Shown here piece after piece: positions 1-9,653 of a DNA stretch of 64,000 nucleotides. Numbering within the stretch: the stretch's first letter is position 1; each line of letters opens with the position of its first letter. The stretch spans positions 1,664,001 to 1,728,000 of the forward strand of contig CBDBLV010000005.1 of NCBI GenBank assembly GCA_965207225.1, in the 5' to 3' direction. A model generated the notes under the pieces. It made no database searches and was not told where the DNA came from. It saw nothing but the letters and a program-made list of their open reading frames with translations. Source of the DNA: Dehalococcoidia bacterium. Lineage in GTDB: Bacteria > Chloroflexota > Dehalococcoidia > Plut-88900. The translations under genes were made by a program, and so were the position numbers.

Positions 1-42
1 GCCTGTTCGGACTAATGGTCGCTGTGGACCCGAGCTATGCAG

Positions 43-1491
43 TTAGTGGGCGCCGTTGCTGCCGTTGACCCTGACTATGGAGGTGGGCGGGGACTTGTGG
101 AAGGAGATGGAGGCGTCCTTGCCAAGGCGGTTTTCGGCCTCGGCGATGGCGTCCTCGACGGTGTGGAAGGGCTCGAATCCTAGTTGTCGGGCGACATCGA
201 AGTCGGTGGCGCCGGCGAGGAACATGCCGGAGAGGTGCCGGGAGGGGGCGCCGCGGGTGTTCCACATGAAGAAGGGGTGGGCGCCGTGGAAGCCGTAGCC
301 GTAGCGGTACTTGTGGATGAACTCGGGGCGGTGGGCGAAGTCGTCGGAAAAGAGGTTCCAGAGCTCGTAGGGGTCGAGGGTCACGGGGAGGAGGCGCTCG
401 TAGAACTCCCGGTAGGAGGGGTGGTGGATGTCGTCGAACTGGTTCTTGCAGGGATGGCTGAGGATGATGATGCCTCCCGGCCGGATCAGGGGCTGGTTCT
501 GGAACATTGAGTAGGTGTACTCGAAGCCCTGATCAGTGACGAGAAGGGGGTTGATGAAGGAGTTGTGGGCGTAGGAAGTCTTGCTGGTCACGCCATAGAG
601 GCCGATGTCGCTCTGGCCGTCCACGTCGAGGACCTGGAGGGAGCTGAGGGCGTCGAGGGTGTGGACGTGGACATCGGGGGTGTGGCCGGCGAAGACAGCG
701 GTAACTTCATAGGGCTCCGTGGATGTGACCACTGACTCGATGCTGAATATGCGGCGGCCCTTTTCGGCCAGGTGGTCTTCGATGATCTTGCCCTGCTCCC
801 AGACGAGCTTGTGGAAGGAGGAGATCTTGGGGTCCATGACGGACTTCCCAGAGGCGAAGGGGAAGGGTCGGTGGTGATGGCGGATGCTGCGGAAGGTGCC
901 GAGGCCCACGGCCACCGACTTCCAGCCGCCGCTGAAGGGGATCTGGGTCAGGTTGAGGTAGATGAGGAGGTCGGAATCGGTGACGGCGCGGTTGACCTCG
1001 ACCTCAAAGCCGCGGTGGGTCTCGCCGAGGAAGATGAGCTCGTCGGGGTTTTCGGCGTCGTGGCAGCGGAGGCGCTGGGCGGGCCATAAGACGCTGATGC
1101 GCTCTCCGACGATGGGGGCGAGCTCGGAGCGGGTCCACTTGCGGTGGAGGGCGTTGGCGCAGAGGAGGAGGATGTCGGCAAGCTCGACGCCGGCCTTCTG
1201 AAGCTCTTCGAGGAGGACGCTGATGGCGACCTGCCGGAAGTCGACGCCCCTGGTCTGAACGCCGCCGGGGTCGTCGAAGGCGATGGTGACCTTGGCGCCC
1301 TTGCCCACGAGCTTGTGAAGGGGGTCATGGGCGATGGGGTTGGCGATGGCCCCCCTGATGGCGGCTTCGAGATCGGGGACGGGCTTGGCGGAAGAGTTGC
1401 CGTTGGCCTTGATTACCCGGGTCCGCTCCGGGAGATCGACGTCGATCCAGTGGTCGCCGTACCAGAGCTGTTCCTTGATGGTGGATGGCAT
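43..1491 (-). CDS. Lactate racemase (LarA/DUF2088)-domain protein
   Basis: AIANPIAHDPL..KVTIAFDD, ANALHRKWT and HDAENP motifs typical of the LarA-like family; start placed at MPSTIK behind an AAGGAG RBS. Confidence 0.75.
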   Translation of the reverse strand: MPSTIKEQLWYGDHWIDVDLPERTRVIKANGNSSAKPVPDLEAAIRGAIANPIAHDPLHKLVGKGAKVTIAFDDPGGVQTRGVDFRQVAISVLLEELQKAGVELADILLLCANALHRKWTRSELAPIVGERISVLWPAQRLRCHDAENPDELIFLGETHRGFEVEVNRAVTDSDLLIYLNLTQIPFSGGWKSVAVGLGTFRSIRHHHRPFPFASGKSVMDPKISSFHKLVWEQGKIIEDHLAEKGRRIFSIESVVTSTEPYEVTAVFAGHTPDVHVHTLDALSSLQVLDVDGQSDIGLYGVTSKTSYAHNSFINPLLVTDQGFEYTYSMFQNQPLIRPGGIIILSHPCKNQFDDIHHPSYREFYERLLPVTLDPYELWNLFSDDFAHRPEFIHKYRYGYGFHGAHPFFMWNTRGAPSRHLSGMFLAGATDFDVARQLGFEPFHTVEDAIAEAENRLGKDASISFHKSPPTSIVRVNGSNGAH

Positions 1492-1705
1492 TGCGGTCTC
1501 CTTGGGTGGGGGTGTCGTGTTGGGGGGAGTATACAACACGGGGGGATGGAGAGAACGCCATCAAACAGAGGCGGCGAGGCGCTTGGATATGGGGGGAGGG
1601 GGTGGGGGGTTATTGGTTAGCGGGTTGTTTCCTTTCTATACGTGGGCCCCTCGGGAGGGTGACCGGGGATCGTCCCTACGGAGGGGGGACACCCCCGGCC
1701 CCACC

Positions 1706-2000
1706 GGGGAACCCTCCCCCCTTGATCCCCCTCTCCCTTAGGGCCTTTAAGGGAGAGGGAGAGAGAAGAACAGAGGCAGAGGTTGGCGCTCCAGCGCCAA
1801 CCTCTGCCTCTAGTTCAGTACTGGGGAGAGGGGAGGGAATGACGGAGGGGAAAGGAGTGGAATGCGGAGAGGATGTGGGAAGAGGGCTGTTGTGAGAAAT
1901 CCCTTGCGGGGCATCGGGATGATATGGCCGGAGGTGGGCCGATATGGTCAGAGGTGACTGGTTAACGGTCGTGAGAGATCCCTCGCGGGGCATCGGGATG
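1706..2000. repeat. Cluster of intergenic palindromic/REP-like elements
   Basis: CCCTCTCCC..GGGAGAGGG hairpin (~1728-1760); perfect 19-bp inverted repeat 1772-1790/1793-1811; near-identical 30-nt direct repeats 1892-1921 and 1971-2000. Confidence 0.7.
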
Positions 2001-2032
2001 GGAAGGGGGGGTGGGTGAGGTCTGTCAACCAG

Positions 2033-2365
2033 TCACTCAGCGTACGCCTCGGCGATGATGCGGCGAAGGTGCGATGCATCTTCTGGGGAAAGGCGGTCGA
2101 TGCGACGTCCCAAGCGCCGCTTGCTTATGGTGCGAATTTGGTCAACAGCAATCTCCGCGTCCTTTCCCCCGCACCGCACTTGCAAACGGCCACGCCAGCC
2201 TGGATGCAGCCTGGAAGTGAGAGGACAGACGACCACCGTTTCGAGGAACCGGTTCATCTCATCACGGCTAACCACTGCCACGGGCCTAGTCTTGTGGACC
2301 TCACGGCCCACAGTCGGGTCCAGGTCGGCAATATAGATGCCATATCGCCGAGGAAAAGAGGCCAT
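2033..2365 (-). CDS. mazF: PemK/MazF family toxin
   Basis: DLDPTVGREVHKTRPVAVVS..VVVCPLTS..DQIRTISKRRL. Confidence 0.9.
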   Translation of the reverse strand: MASFPRRYGIYIADLDPTVGREVHKTRPVAVVSRDEMNRFLETVVVCPLTSRLHPGWRGRLQVRCGGKDAEIAVDQIRTISKRRLGRRIDRLSPEDASHLRRIIAEAYAE

Positions 2366-2601
2366 CAGTCCAGGCCGTCGGCTATGGCGACATCGAAGTC
2401 GCTCCAGTCCTCCGCTTCAACAGCCATTGCCCTAGAGGTCTCTTCCCAGGACAGATTATGGGTGTCCTTGCCGCGCAAGACCACGCTTTCTTCCAGCTCT
2501 TCAAGGGTCAGGATACCGGCCCATCCGTACTTGTCCAGCAGAGCCTTGGGAAGACGGATGCCTTTGGAGTTGCCGATGCGAATAAGCTTCGTTTCTCGCA
2601 T
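2365..2601 (-). CDS. mazE: AbrB/MazE family antitoxin
   Basis: MRETKLIRIGNSKGIRLPK; TGATG overlap with toxin start. Confidence 0.9.
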   Translation of the reverse strand: MRETKLIRIGNSKGIRLPKALLDKYGWAGILTLEELEESVVLRGKDTHNLSWEETSRAMAVEAEDWSDFDVAIADGLD

Positions 2602-2716
2602 GTAATTATGGTAATTACCTATGCTTGCGAGTGTCAAGGCTGTCTCCGGACACCCCGCGTCCGGGGATGGATGACTGACAGGAGTGGGGAATGATGGGAG
2701 AGTTAGAGAGGAGGGA

Positions 2717-3721
2717 TCAGGTGACGAGGGGGAGGACGTGTTCAGCGAAGTACTGGATTGTTTCGTCGACCGTGGGGCCGGGAACTTCGGGGATGTGCTG
2801 GGGGGCGAGGATGATTTCGTCGAGGCCTTCAACCGTAGAAAGCTGCTTGATGCAGGCGATGGCGTCTTCTTTGTCGCCGCCGAGGGCGAAGCGGTCAATG
2901 TACTTGCCGGGGATACGGAATTCTTCGATGACGTAGGAGCGGGAGTGTCGGGAGGGGTTGTAATTGGCCTTGAGCTTCTCGATTAAGGGCAGGTCTTCTT
3001 CGTCGAAGAGGTCAGGGTTGGACATGTTGATAATGACGCCGACAGGGCCGTTCAGCTTCCACCGGGCGACATCCCGGTCGGGGCCCAGGCTGGTCTGGAG
3101 CCAGCAGGATAGGCTGGTATCTTCGGGTCGCTTGCCTACTTCCGCGGCCGCTTCCTTGAACATGTTGACGCCTGTGGCCATGCTAGCCGGGTTTCGTTCC
3201 CTGAGGATGATTGCGCCGTCGGCCATGCGGCCCGAGGCCCGGGTGAGCCGGGGGCCGGTGGCGGCAACGTAGATGGGGACGTTGGTCGGGCCATTCAGCC
3301 AACCGAGCTTGCCCCTGCCTCCTTCGTCGAATTCTACCTCTTCATTCTGGAGGAGGCCCTTGACCTGGTCGATGTAGGTTTCCAGTCGGGAGATGGAGAC
3401 GGGACGTCGGCCGATGGACCGGACGCCGCTGTCGCCGGTGCTGATGCCGGCGCGGATACGGCCCGTGGCGATTTCGTTGAGGGAGGCGAAGGCGCTGGCG
3501 GTGACGCTGGCGTGTCGGGTGGAGGGCATAGTGACGCCGACGCCCAGGGTGATGCGGGAGGTACTGAGGGCACAGGCGGTCATCTCGACGTAGACCTCAC
3601 GGCAGATGCGCTGGAGGTCGCCGAACCAGACGGTGTCGAAGCCGAGGGCCTCGATTTTCTGGACGCGTTCGACGATCCGGGGCATGGGTTGGTTGCCGAA
3701 GACGCTGACGGCGAATTTCAT
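2717..3721 (-). CDS. LLM class flavin/F420-dependent oxidoreductase
   Basis: GFDTVWFGD, ITLGVGVT, PIYVAATGPR motifs (Mer-like). Confidence 0.85.
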   Translation of the reverse strand: MKFAVSVFGNQPMPRIVERVQKIEALGFDTVWFGDLQRICREVYVEMTACALSTSRITLGVGVTMPSTRHASVTASAFASLNEIATGRIRAGISTGDSGVRSIGRRPVSISRLETYIDQVKGLLQNEEVEFDEGGRGKLGWLNGPTNVPIYVAATGPRLTRASGRMADGAIILRERNPASMATGVNMFKEAAAEVGKRPEDTSLSCWLQTSLGPDRDVARWKLNGPVGVIINMSNPDLFDEEDLPLIEKLKANYNPSRHSRSYVIEEFRIPGKYIDRFALGGDKEDAIACIKQLSTVEGLDEIILAPQHIPEVPGPTVDETIQYFAEHVLPLVT

Positions 3722-3822
3722 GGGTTAGACCTCATCGTGGCTACTTGTAACATCCTTGCTCCACCCCCCGCTCATACTTCGAGGGCCTCAGCACGAGCGG
3801 CCCCGCGGCCTGGGGAGGGGAA

Positions 3823-3860
3823 TCACCCTCACCCTAGCCCTCTCCCCTCAAGGGAGAGGG
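3823..3860. repeat. REP-like palindromic element (intergenic copy)
   Basis: TCACCCTCACCCTAGCCCTCTCCCCTCAAGGGAGAGGG; 35/38 identical to a copy inside valS. Confidence 0.8.
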
Positions 3861-3917
3861 AATAGGACACCCCGCCCCAGCCCGGTGTTCTTGGGAATGA
3901 CGGTTCAATGGAATGGG

Positions 3918-6617
3918 TTATTGGCTGAGTTCTGAGAGGCGTTGGAGGAGGTTGGACTCTTCTTCTTGCCAGCCGGTGAGTCGGGAGCGCTCTTTCTCTA
4001 CGACGTTGGCCGGGGCCTTGGATAGGAACTGTTCGTTGGAGAGTCGGGACTGGACCTGGCCGATGCGTTTGCGGAGGTCTTCTAGGGAGGACTCGAGGCG
4101 CTGGCGTTCCCCGGCGAAGTCGAAGAGGCCGGCGAGGGGGAGGAATACGCGGGTGGCTTTTTCGACGACCATAATGGAGTTTTCGGGTTGTGGGGCGTCG
4201 GCGGGACGGGCCTCGACTGTGCAGACGGCGAGGTTTTCGAGGAAGGAGCGTCCACCGGCGCCTAGGGTCTCGCCGTCAAGCAGGACGGCGGGGACTTTCT
4301 TTCCTGCCTCGACCTTGCGCTCGGCGCGGACGTTGCGGACGCCGCGGACGAGGGACATGAGAAGGTCGGCCCACTCCTCGGCCTCTGGGTTGATGGCAGA
4401 GGGGTCGGGAGTGGGGTAGGGGGCGATCATTGTGGAGTCGGGGCGGTCTGGGGAGTCGGGCATACGCTGGATGAGGCTCTGCCAGATTTCTTCGGTGATG
4501 AAGGGCATGAAGGGGTGGAGGAGTCGGAGGGAGGACTCCAGGACGTGGGCGAGGACCGGGGCGGGGGAGGGGGAGTCGGAATTGTCTCGGAGGCGGACCT
4601 TGGCGATTTCGATATACCAGTCGCAGAACTCGTTCCAGATGAAATCGTGGACGTATTCCTGGGCGTCGCCTAGTCGGAAGGAGGTGAGGGCACGGGTGAC
4701 GTCTTCGATGGTGCGGTTGAGTCGGCTGAGAATCCAGCGGTCTTCTATGGGGAGGGAGATAGGAGAGGAGTCACCCTCACCCTGACCCTCTCCCATCAAG
4801 GGAGAGGGGAGGGAGGACTGGTCTAGGATGGAGATTACGTATCGGGAGGCGTTCCAGAGCTTGTTGGTGAAGTTGCGGCTGGAGCGGATCTTGGCCTGAC
4901 TGAGCCGGCTGTCGTTGCCGGGAGCGGTGCCGACGGTGAGGGCAAAGCGGAGGGCGTCGGCGCCGTGTTCGTCGATAATGTCCAAGGGGTTGAGGACGTT
5001 GCCCTTGACTTTGCTCATCTTCTCGCCGTGCTCATCCTGGATGAGGCCATGGAGGTAGACGGTGTGGAAGGGGATGTCGTCCATGTTCTGGATGCCCATC
5101 ATGATCATGCGGGCGACCCAGAAGAAGAGGATGTCGTAGCCGGTCTCGAGGACAGAGCCGGGGTAGAAGTAGCGGAGGTCTTCGGTGTCGTCGGGCCAGC
5201 CGAGGGTAGAGTGGGGCCAGAGGCCGGAGCTGAACCAGGTGTCCAGGACGTCGGGGTCCTGGCGGATGTTGGTGGAGGGGCAGGCTTCACAGGTGGTCGG
5301 GTCTTCGAGGGATACGGTGAGATGGTCGCAGCCGTCGCAGTACCAGACGGGGATGCGGTGGCCCCACCAGAGCTGGCGGCTGATGCACCAGTCCCGGATG
5401 TTGTCCATCCAGTTGAGGTAGACCTTGGTGAAGCGGTCGGGAACTATGCGTATGCGGCCCTCGGTGACGGCTCGGGCGGCGGCGTCGGCCATGGGAGCGA
5501 CCTTGACGAACCACTGTTTGCCGACGGTCGGGTCAACGACAGTGTTGCAGCGCTGGCAGTGGCCGACGGAGTGAGTTAGGGGTTCGACCTTTTCGAGGAG
5601 GCCGTCGGATTCCAGGTCTTCGAGGATCCGGGTGCGGCACTCGGCGACAGACATGCCCTGGTATTGGGGGCCTGCGGCGTCGGTCATGGTGGACTGGGGG
5701 CCGATGACGGTGATCAGGGGCAAATCGTGGCGTTGGGCGATATCGAAGTCGTTGGGGTCGTGGGCGGGTGTGACTTTGACGGCGCCCGTGCCGAACTCGA
5801 GGTCTACGACGGAGTCCGTGATGACGGGGACGGGTCGGTTGAGGCGTGGGAGCAGCACGTCGTGTCCGACCAAGTCTGCGAAGCGTTCATCGTCGGGATT
5901 GACGGCGACGGCGGTGTCGCCGAGGAGGGTCTCGGGGCGGGTGGTGGCGACGGTGAGGTGGCGGGTCGGGTCCAGGGAGTGGGGATAACGGATGTAGTAG
6001 AGCTTGCTATCGACTTCCTGGTGGATTACTTCGAGGTCTGAGAGGGCGGTGGAGCAGCGGGGGCACCAGTTGATGATGCGCTCGCCGCGGTAGATGAGGC
6101 CCTTGTTGTAGAGGTTGACGAAGGTGGTGCGGACGGCCCGGCTGGGGCCCTCGTCGAGGGTGAAGCGTTCTCGGGACCAGTCGCAGGAGGCGCCGAGTCG
6201 CTTGTGCTGCTCGGCGATGGTGCGTCCGTATTGCCGGACCCACTGCCAGACCCTTTCGACGAAGGCCTCCCGGCCGATTTCCTGCCGGGTCTTGCCCTCC
6301 TTGACGAGTTGGCGTTCGACGACGACCTGGGTGGCGATGCCTGCGTGGTCGGAGCCCGGGAGCCAGAGGGTGGGGTCGCCCATCATGCGGTGCCAGCGGA
6401 TGAGGGCGTCTTCGGCGGCGGCGGTGAGGGCGTGGCCGAGGTGGAGTTCACCGGTGACGTTGGGCGGGGGCATGATGATGACAAAGGGCTGCTTGCCCTC
6501 CTGTATGCGAGGCTTGAAGTAGCCTTTGTCCATCCAGGACTTGTAGATGCGGCCTTCGACCTCTGAGGGGTCGTATACCTTGGGGATACGGGCGAGATTT
6601 TCAGTGCGCGTTGTCAT
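3918..6617 (-). CDS. valS: Valine--tRNA ligase
   Basis: PPPNVTGELHLGH (HIGH), DWCISRQLWWGH, KMSK motifs, C-terminal coiled-coil arm. Confidence 0.98.
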   Translation of the reverse strand: MTTRTENLARIPKVYDPSEVEGRIYKSWMDKGYFKPRIQEGKQPFVIIMPPPNVTGELHLGHALTAAAEDALIRWHRMMGDPTLWLPGSDHAGIATQVVVERQLVKEGKTRQEIGREAFVERVWQWVRQYGRTIAEQHKRLGASCDWSRERFTLDEGPSRAVRTTFVNLYNKGLIYRGERIINWCPRCSTALSDLEVIHQEVDSKLYYIRYPHSLDPTRHLTVATTRPETLLGDTAVAVNPDDERFADLVGHDVLLPRLNRPVPVITDSVVDLEFGTGAVKVTPAHDPNDFDIAQRHDLPLITVIGPQSTMTDAAGPQYQGMSVAECRTRILEDLESDGLLEKVEPLTHSVGHCQRCNTVVDPTVGKQWFVKVAPMADAAARAVTEGRIRIVPDRFTKVYLNWMDNIRDWCISRQLWWGHRIPVWYCDGCDHLTVSLEDPTTCEACPSTNIRQDPDVLDTWFSSGLWPHSTLGWPDDTEDLRYFYPGSVLETGYDILFFWVARMIMMGIQNMDDIPFHTVYLHGLIQDEHGEKMSKVKGNVLNPLDIIDEHGADALRFALTVGTAPGNDSRLSQAKIRSSRNFTNKLWNASRYVISILDQSSLPSPLMGEGQGEGDSSPISLPIEDRWILSRLNRTIEDVTRALTSFRLGDAQEYVHDFIWNEFCDWYIEIAKVRLRDNSDSPSPAPVLAHVLESSLRLLHPFMPFITEEIWQSLIQRMPDSPDRPDSTMIAPYPTPDPSAINPEAEEWADLLMSLVRGVRNVRAERKVEAGKKVPAVLLDGETLGAGGRSFLENLAVCTVEARPADAPQPENSIMVVEKATRVFLPLAGLFDFAGERQRLESSLEDLRKRIGQVQSRLSNEQFLSKAPANVVEKERSRLTGWQEEESNLLQRLSELSQ
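4771..4808. repeat. REP-like palindromic element inserted in frame in valS
   Basis: Matches 3823-3860; encodes PSPLMGEGQGEG on the valS strand. Confidence 0.8.
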
Positions 6618-6675
6618 GGTTGGGGTGTCGGGGGGAGGGCGGACTTTTCGGGACTTGCAAGCACGGTGTGGGTCG

Positions 6676-6705
6676 ATTCTAACTTTGAGGGGAATGGGGA
6701 GTCAA
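6676..6705 (-). promoter_or_regulatory. Putative sigma70 promoter of valS
   Basis: TTGACT-N18-TAGAAT on the minus strand ~60 nt upstream of the valS ATG. Confidence 0.55.
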
Positions 6706-7229
6706 TTGGAGGGGAGGGTGCGCCGCGTCACGCGGCATAGGATACCCGACTCACTCGGGAGGGACTCGGAGGAAGTCCCTGGGTCAACCGACCTACCTTG
6801 AGGCGAAAGCCGAGGGGGAAAACAGCATGTCGGTAAAGCGGCTACGGCCCCAAAGCGTTGTAGGGCCGGTTCCGCAAGACCCGCGCGATATGGTGAAGGC
6901 TTGATTGCTTGAACCCCAGTCTCCAGTTGGTGAAAATCGCCACCCGCCGGTAGAACGCTTGTAACCCGGCGCCGCTCATCGCATGGATGTGTCCTGTCAA
7001 TCCGTGCACCTCCGATGAGCGGGCAATGACCCATGCGGTCAATTCAAGGAGACGAACGGGGCACCTACAGTCGCGCTAGAACGTCCTATGCTGACGGAAC
7101 GCGGGATCGCCTAAGGGACGCGAGTCCTATGGTGACGGAGCCTCCGTAGTAGTCCGAGGACGGGAAAGCCGTCCACATGGCGAAGGGAGGCAGGTGTCAA
7201 ACCGAAACTCAGAAAAGGAGGTGCGCGAG

Positions 7230-9020
7230 ATGCGCAACGCCGAAACCATACTGGGAATCATTCGCGACAGAGGTACACGGGGACTGCCCGTGAACGACCT
7301 TTACCGCCAACTTTGGAACCCGAACCTGTACCTGACGGCCTACGGGCGTATCGCCAAGAACGACGGTGCGCTCACCCCAGGCGCAACACCGGAGACCGCA
7401 GACGGGATGAAGATGGACGACATCCACGCGATCATCGAGGCCCTCCGCTTCGAGCGCTACCGATGGACTCCGGCCCGCCGCGTATACATCCCGAAAGCCA
7501 ACGGGAAGCGGCGGCCACTCGGACTCCCAACGTGGTCGGACAAAGTGCTGCAAGAAGTTATGCGTCTCCTACTGGAGGCGTACTACGAACCGCAGTTCAG
7601 CGACCGGTCGCACGGCTTCCGGCCCAACCGTGGATGCCACACGGCGTTCACGGAGATAACCCGCACCTGGACAGGCACGACATGGTTCATCGAAGGAGAT
7701 ATCGCCGGTTGCTTCGACAACATCGACCATAAGGTGTTGCTGGAAATACTAGGCGAGAACATCCAGGACAACCGTTTCCTGCGGCTTGTTTCCAACCTCC
7801 TTGGGGCTGGCTACCTTGAGGACTGGAAGCTCAACGCCACCTACAGTGGCACACCTCAGGGAAGTGTGGTGAGTCCCATACTCGCCAACGTCTACCTAGA
7901 CCGGTTGGACAGGTTCGCGGAGGACGTGCTCTTGCCCGAATACAACCGTGGCACCGGACGACGGAAGAACCCGCAGTATCAAAGGGTTTCCAAACGAGTT
8001 ATGCGTCTACGGCAATCTGGCCATGCAAAGGAAGCGGCGGAACTTCGCCCACTCCTGCGCACCATGCCCAGCCACGACACCCATGACCCGGCCTACCGCC
8101 GTCTCCGGTACACACGGTACGCCGACGACTTTCTACTCGGTTTTGCGGGGCCAAAGAACGAGGCCGATGAGATCAAGGCCCGGCTAGGCAAGTTCCTGCA
8201 AGATAACCTCAAGCTGGAGCTATCCGACGCTAAAACCCTGGTCACCCACGGCCGCACTGAGGCAGCACGGTTCCTCGGCTACGAGGTCGTCGTTCAGGGG
8301 AGCAAAGACAGGCTCGACGCCAGTGGCCGCCGATCGGTCAATGGTATCATCGGGCTGCGCGTTCCCCAAGACGTCGTACGCGCCAAGAGCGCCGCCTACA
8401 TGCGTAACGGCAAACCAATCCACCTTGGAATACGAATTCATGACTCGCTTTACAGCATCGTGGAACAGTACCAGGCGGAGTACCGGGGTGTCGTCAACTA
8501 CTACCGGCGTGCAACCAACCTGGGCGCACTAAGCCATCTCCGTTGGGTCATGGAAATGTCACTTGCCAAGACACTCGCGGCAAAGCTGAAGATCAGCGTG
8601 CCACAGGTGTTCAAGCGGTACAAAACTACGATTCAGACTGACAAAGGGCCTCGCAAGGTCCTGATGGTGAAAGTGGCCGAGCCGGGCGAAAAGACGCTGG
8701 TGACGTACTGGGGCGGGGTTTCGCTTGCGCGGGACAACGCGGCAACCCTGGTCGATAAACACCCCCCGATACTCAATAGTCGGACGGAACTCGAACAGCG
8801 CCTGCGGGCCAACGTCTGCGAGCTTTGCGGCTCAACGGTGAAGGTCCAGGTGCACCACGTACGAGCGCTGAAAGACTTGCGAAAGAAGGGACGGGCCAAG
8901 CCGCCCGTTTGGGTGGAGGTCATGGCAGCACGGCGTCGCAAGACGCTCGTGGCCTGTGCGTCATGCCACGCGGACATCCACGCCGGACGCCCGCTGAAGC
9001 AGAACGAACAGGCAGCCTGA
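7230..9020 (+). CDS. ltrA: Group II intron reverse transcriptase/maturase with HNH endonuclease
   Basis: RPLGLP, HGFRPNRGCH, GTPQGS, RYADDF; C-terminal CELCG..VHH..RRRKTLVACASCHADIH; AGGAGG RBS at 7216. Confidence 0.95.
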   Translation: MRNAETILGIIRDRGTRGLPVNDLYRQLWNPNLYLTAYGRIAKNDGALTPGATPETADGMKMDDIHAIIEALRFERYRWTPARRVYIPKANGKRRPLGLPTWSDKVLQEVMRLLLEAYYEPQFSDRSHGFRPNRGCHTAFTEITRTWTGTTWFIEGDIAGCFDNIDHKVLLEILGENIQDNRFLRLVSNLLGAGYLEDWKLNATYSGTPQGSVVSPILANVYLDRLDRFAEDVLLPEYNRGTGRRKNPQYQRVSKRVMRLRQSGHAKEAAELRPLLRTMPSHDTHDPAYRRLRYTRYADDFLLGFAGPKNEADEIKARLGKFLQDNLKLELSDAKTLVTHGRTEAARFLGYEVVVQGSKDRLDASGRRSVNGIIGLRVPQDVVRAKSAAYMRNGKPIHLGIRIHDSLYSIVEQYQAEYRGVVNYYRRATNLGALSHLRWVMEMSLAKTLAAKLKISVPQVFKRYKTTIQTDKGPRKVLMVKVAEPGEKTLVTYWGGVSLARDNAATLVDKHPPILNSRTELEQRLRANVCELCGSTVKVQVHHVRALKDLRKKGRAKPPVWVEVMAARRRKTLVACASCHADIHAGRPLKQNEQAA

Positions 9021-9152
9021 GTACCAACCGTTGCAACAGATAGGTAGTGTTCCAACCGTGAAACGCCCAAACACCTTCCGTTCCCAACGGGGCCGGTGGT
9101 AGACTGGGACACGGCAGACCTTCCCTCGAAACAGCACTGGAGGTTCCGGAGC

Positions 9153-9653
9153 GTGGATACAAAACTCGTCTTCGTGATCCCGACCTTGGTCGGACTCCTC
9201 CTTGCATTCAGCTTGGCTTGCAGTGATGCAAAACAAGACCCTGTGCTTGCTCGGGAGCAGGTTGAACTGGACAGGCATCGTGACATGTGGGAGCAAACCC
9301 GCGCCCATGACTACACGTATGAGTACAGCGTACTCTGCGAGTGCCCGGATCACGCCAGCAAGACCGTCAAGGTCACTGTACTGGACGGGGACATAGAGTC
9401 AGTCGAAAGCGTAGGGTTCGTCGAGTCCGCCATCTATACAAAATCTGGTGGGCCAATGACAGAACTACCCCGCTACCACACCATCGACCGCTTTTTCGAC
9501 GTGATCCAAGAAGCCATTACCGGTGAGGCCGACCAACTTACCGTCAGCTACGACAGTGAGTTCGGGTACCCAACGAAAGTCGAGATTGACTACACCGTCA
9601 ATGCGATAGACGACGAGTATACCCTCAAGGTCAAAGCTTACTCGCCTCACTGA
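9153..9653 (+). CDS. Secreted lipoprotein (DUF6174-like), intron passenger gene
   Basis: GTG start behind GGAGG; hydrophobic signal ending SLAC; W..DYTYEYSVLCECP..TID..F..I..VSYDSEFGYP..DDE pattern; lies between RT stop and intron DV. Confidence 0.8.
   Translation: MDTKLVFVIPTLVGLLLAFSLACSDAKQDPVLAREQVELDRHRDMWEQTRAHDYTYEYSVLCECPDHASKTVKVTVLDGDIESVESVGFVESAIYTKSGGPMTELPRYHTIDRFFDVIQEAITGEADQLTVSYDSEFGYPTKVEIDYTVNAIDDEYTLKVKAYSPH

Noticed and set aside
1892-2000. Two 30-nt direct repeats with a 49-nt spacer as a possible CRISPR array
   Set aside because: Only two units, the spacer is internally repetitive, and there are no cas genes; better explained as REP-like repeats.
6620-6717. T-box leader for valS
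   Set aside because: The leader between promoter and ATG is too short and has no T-box consensus.
7230-9020. RT as retron, DGR or defence-associated RT
   Set aside because: Maturase and HNH domains plus full group II ribozyme domains flank it.
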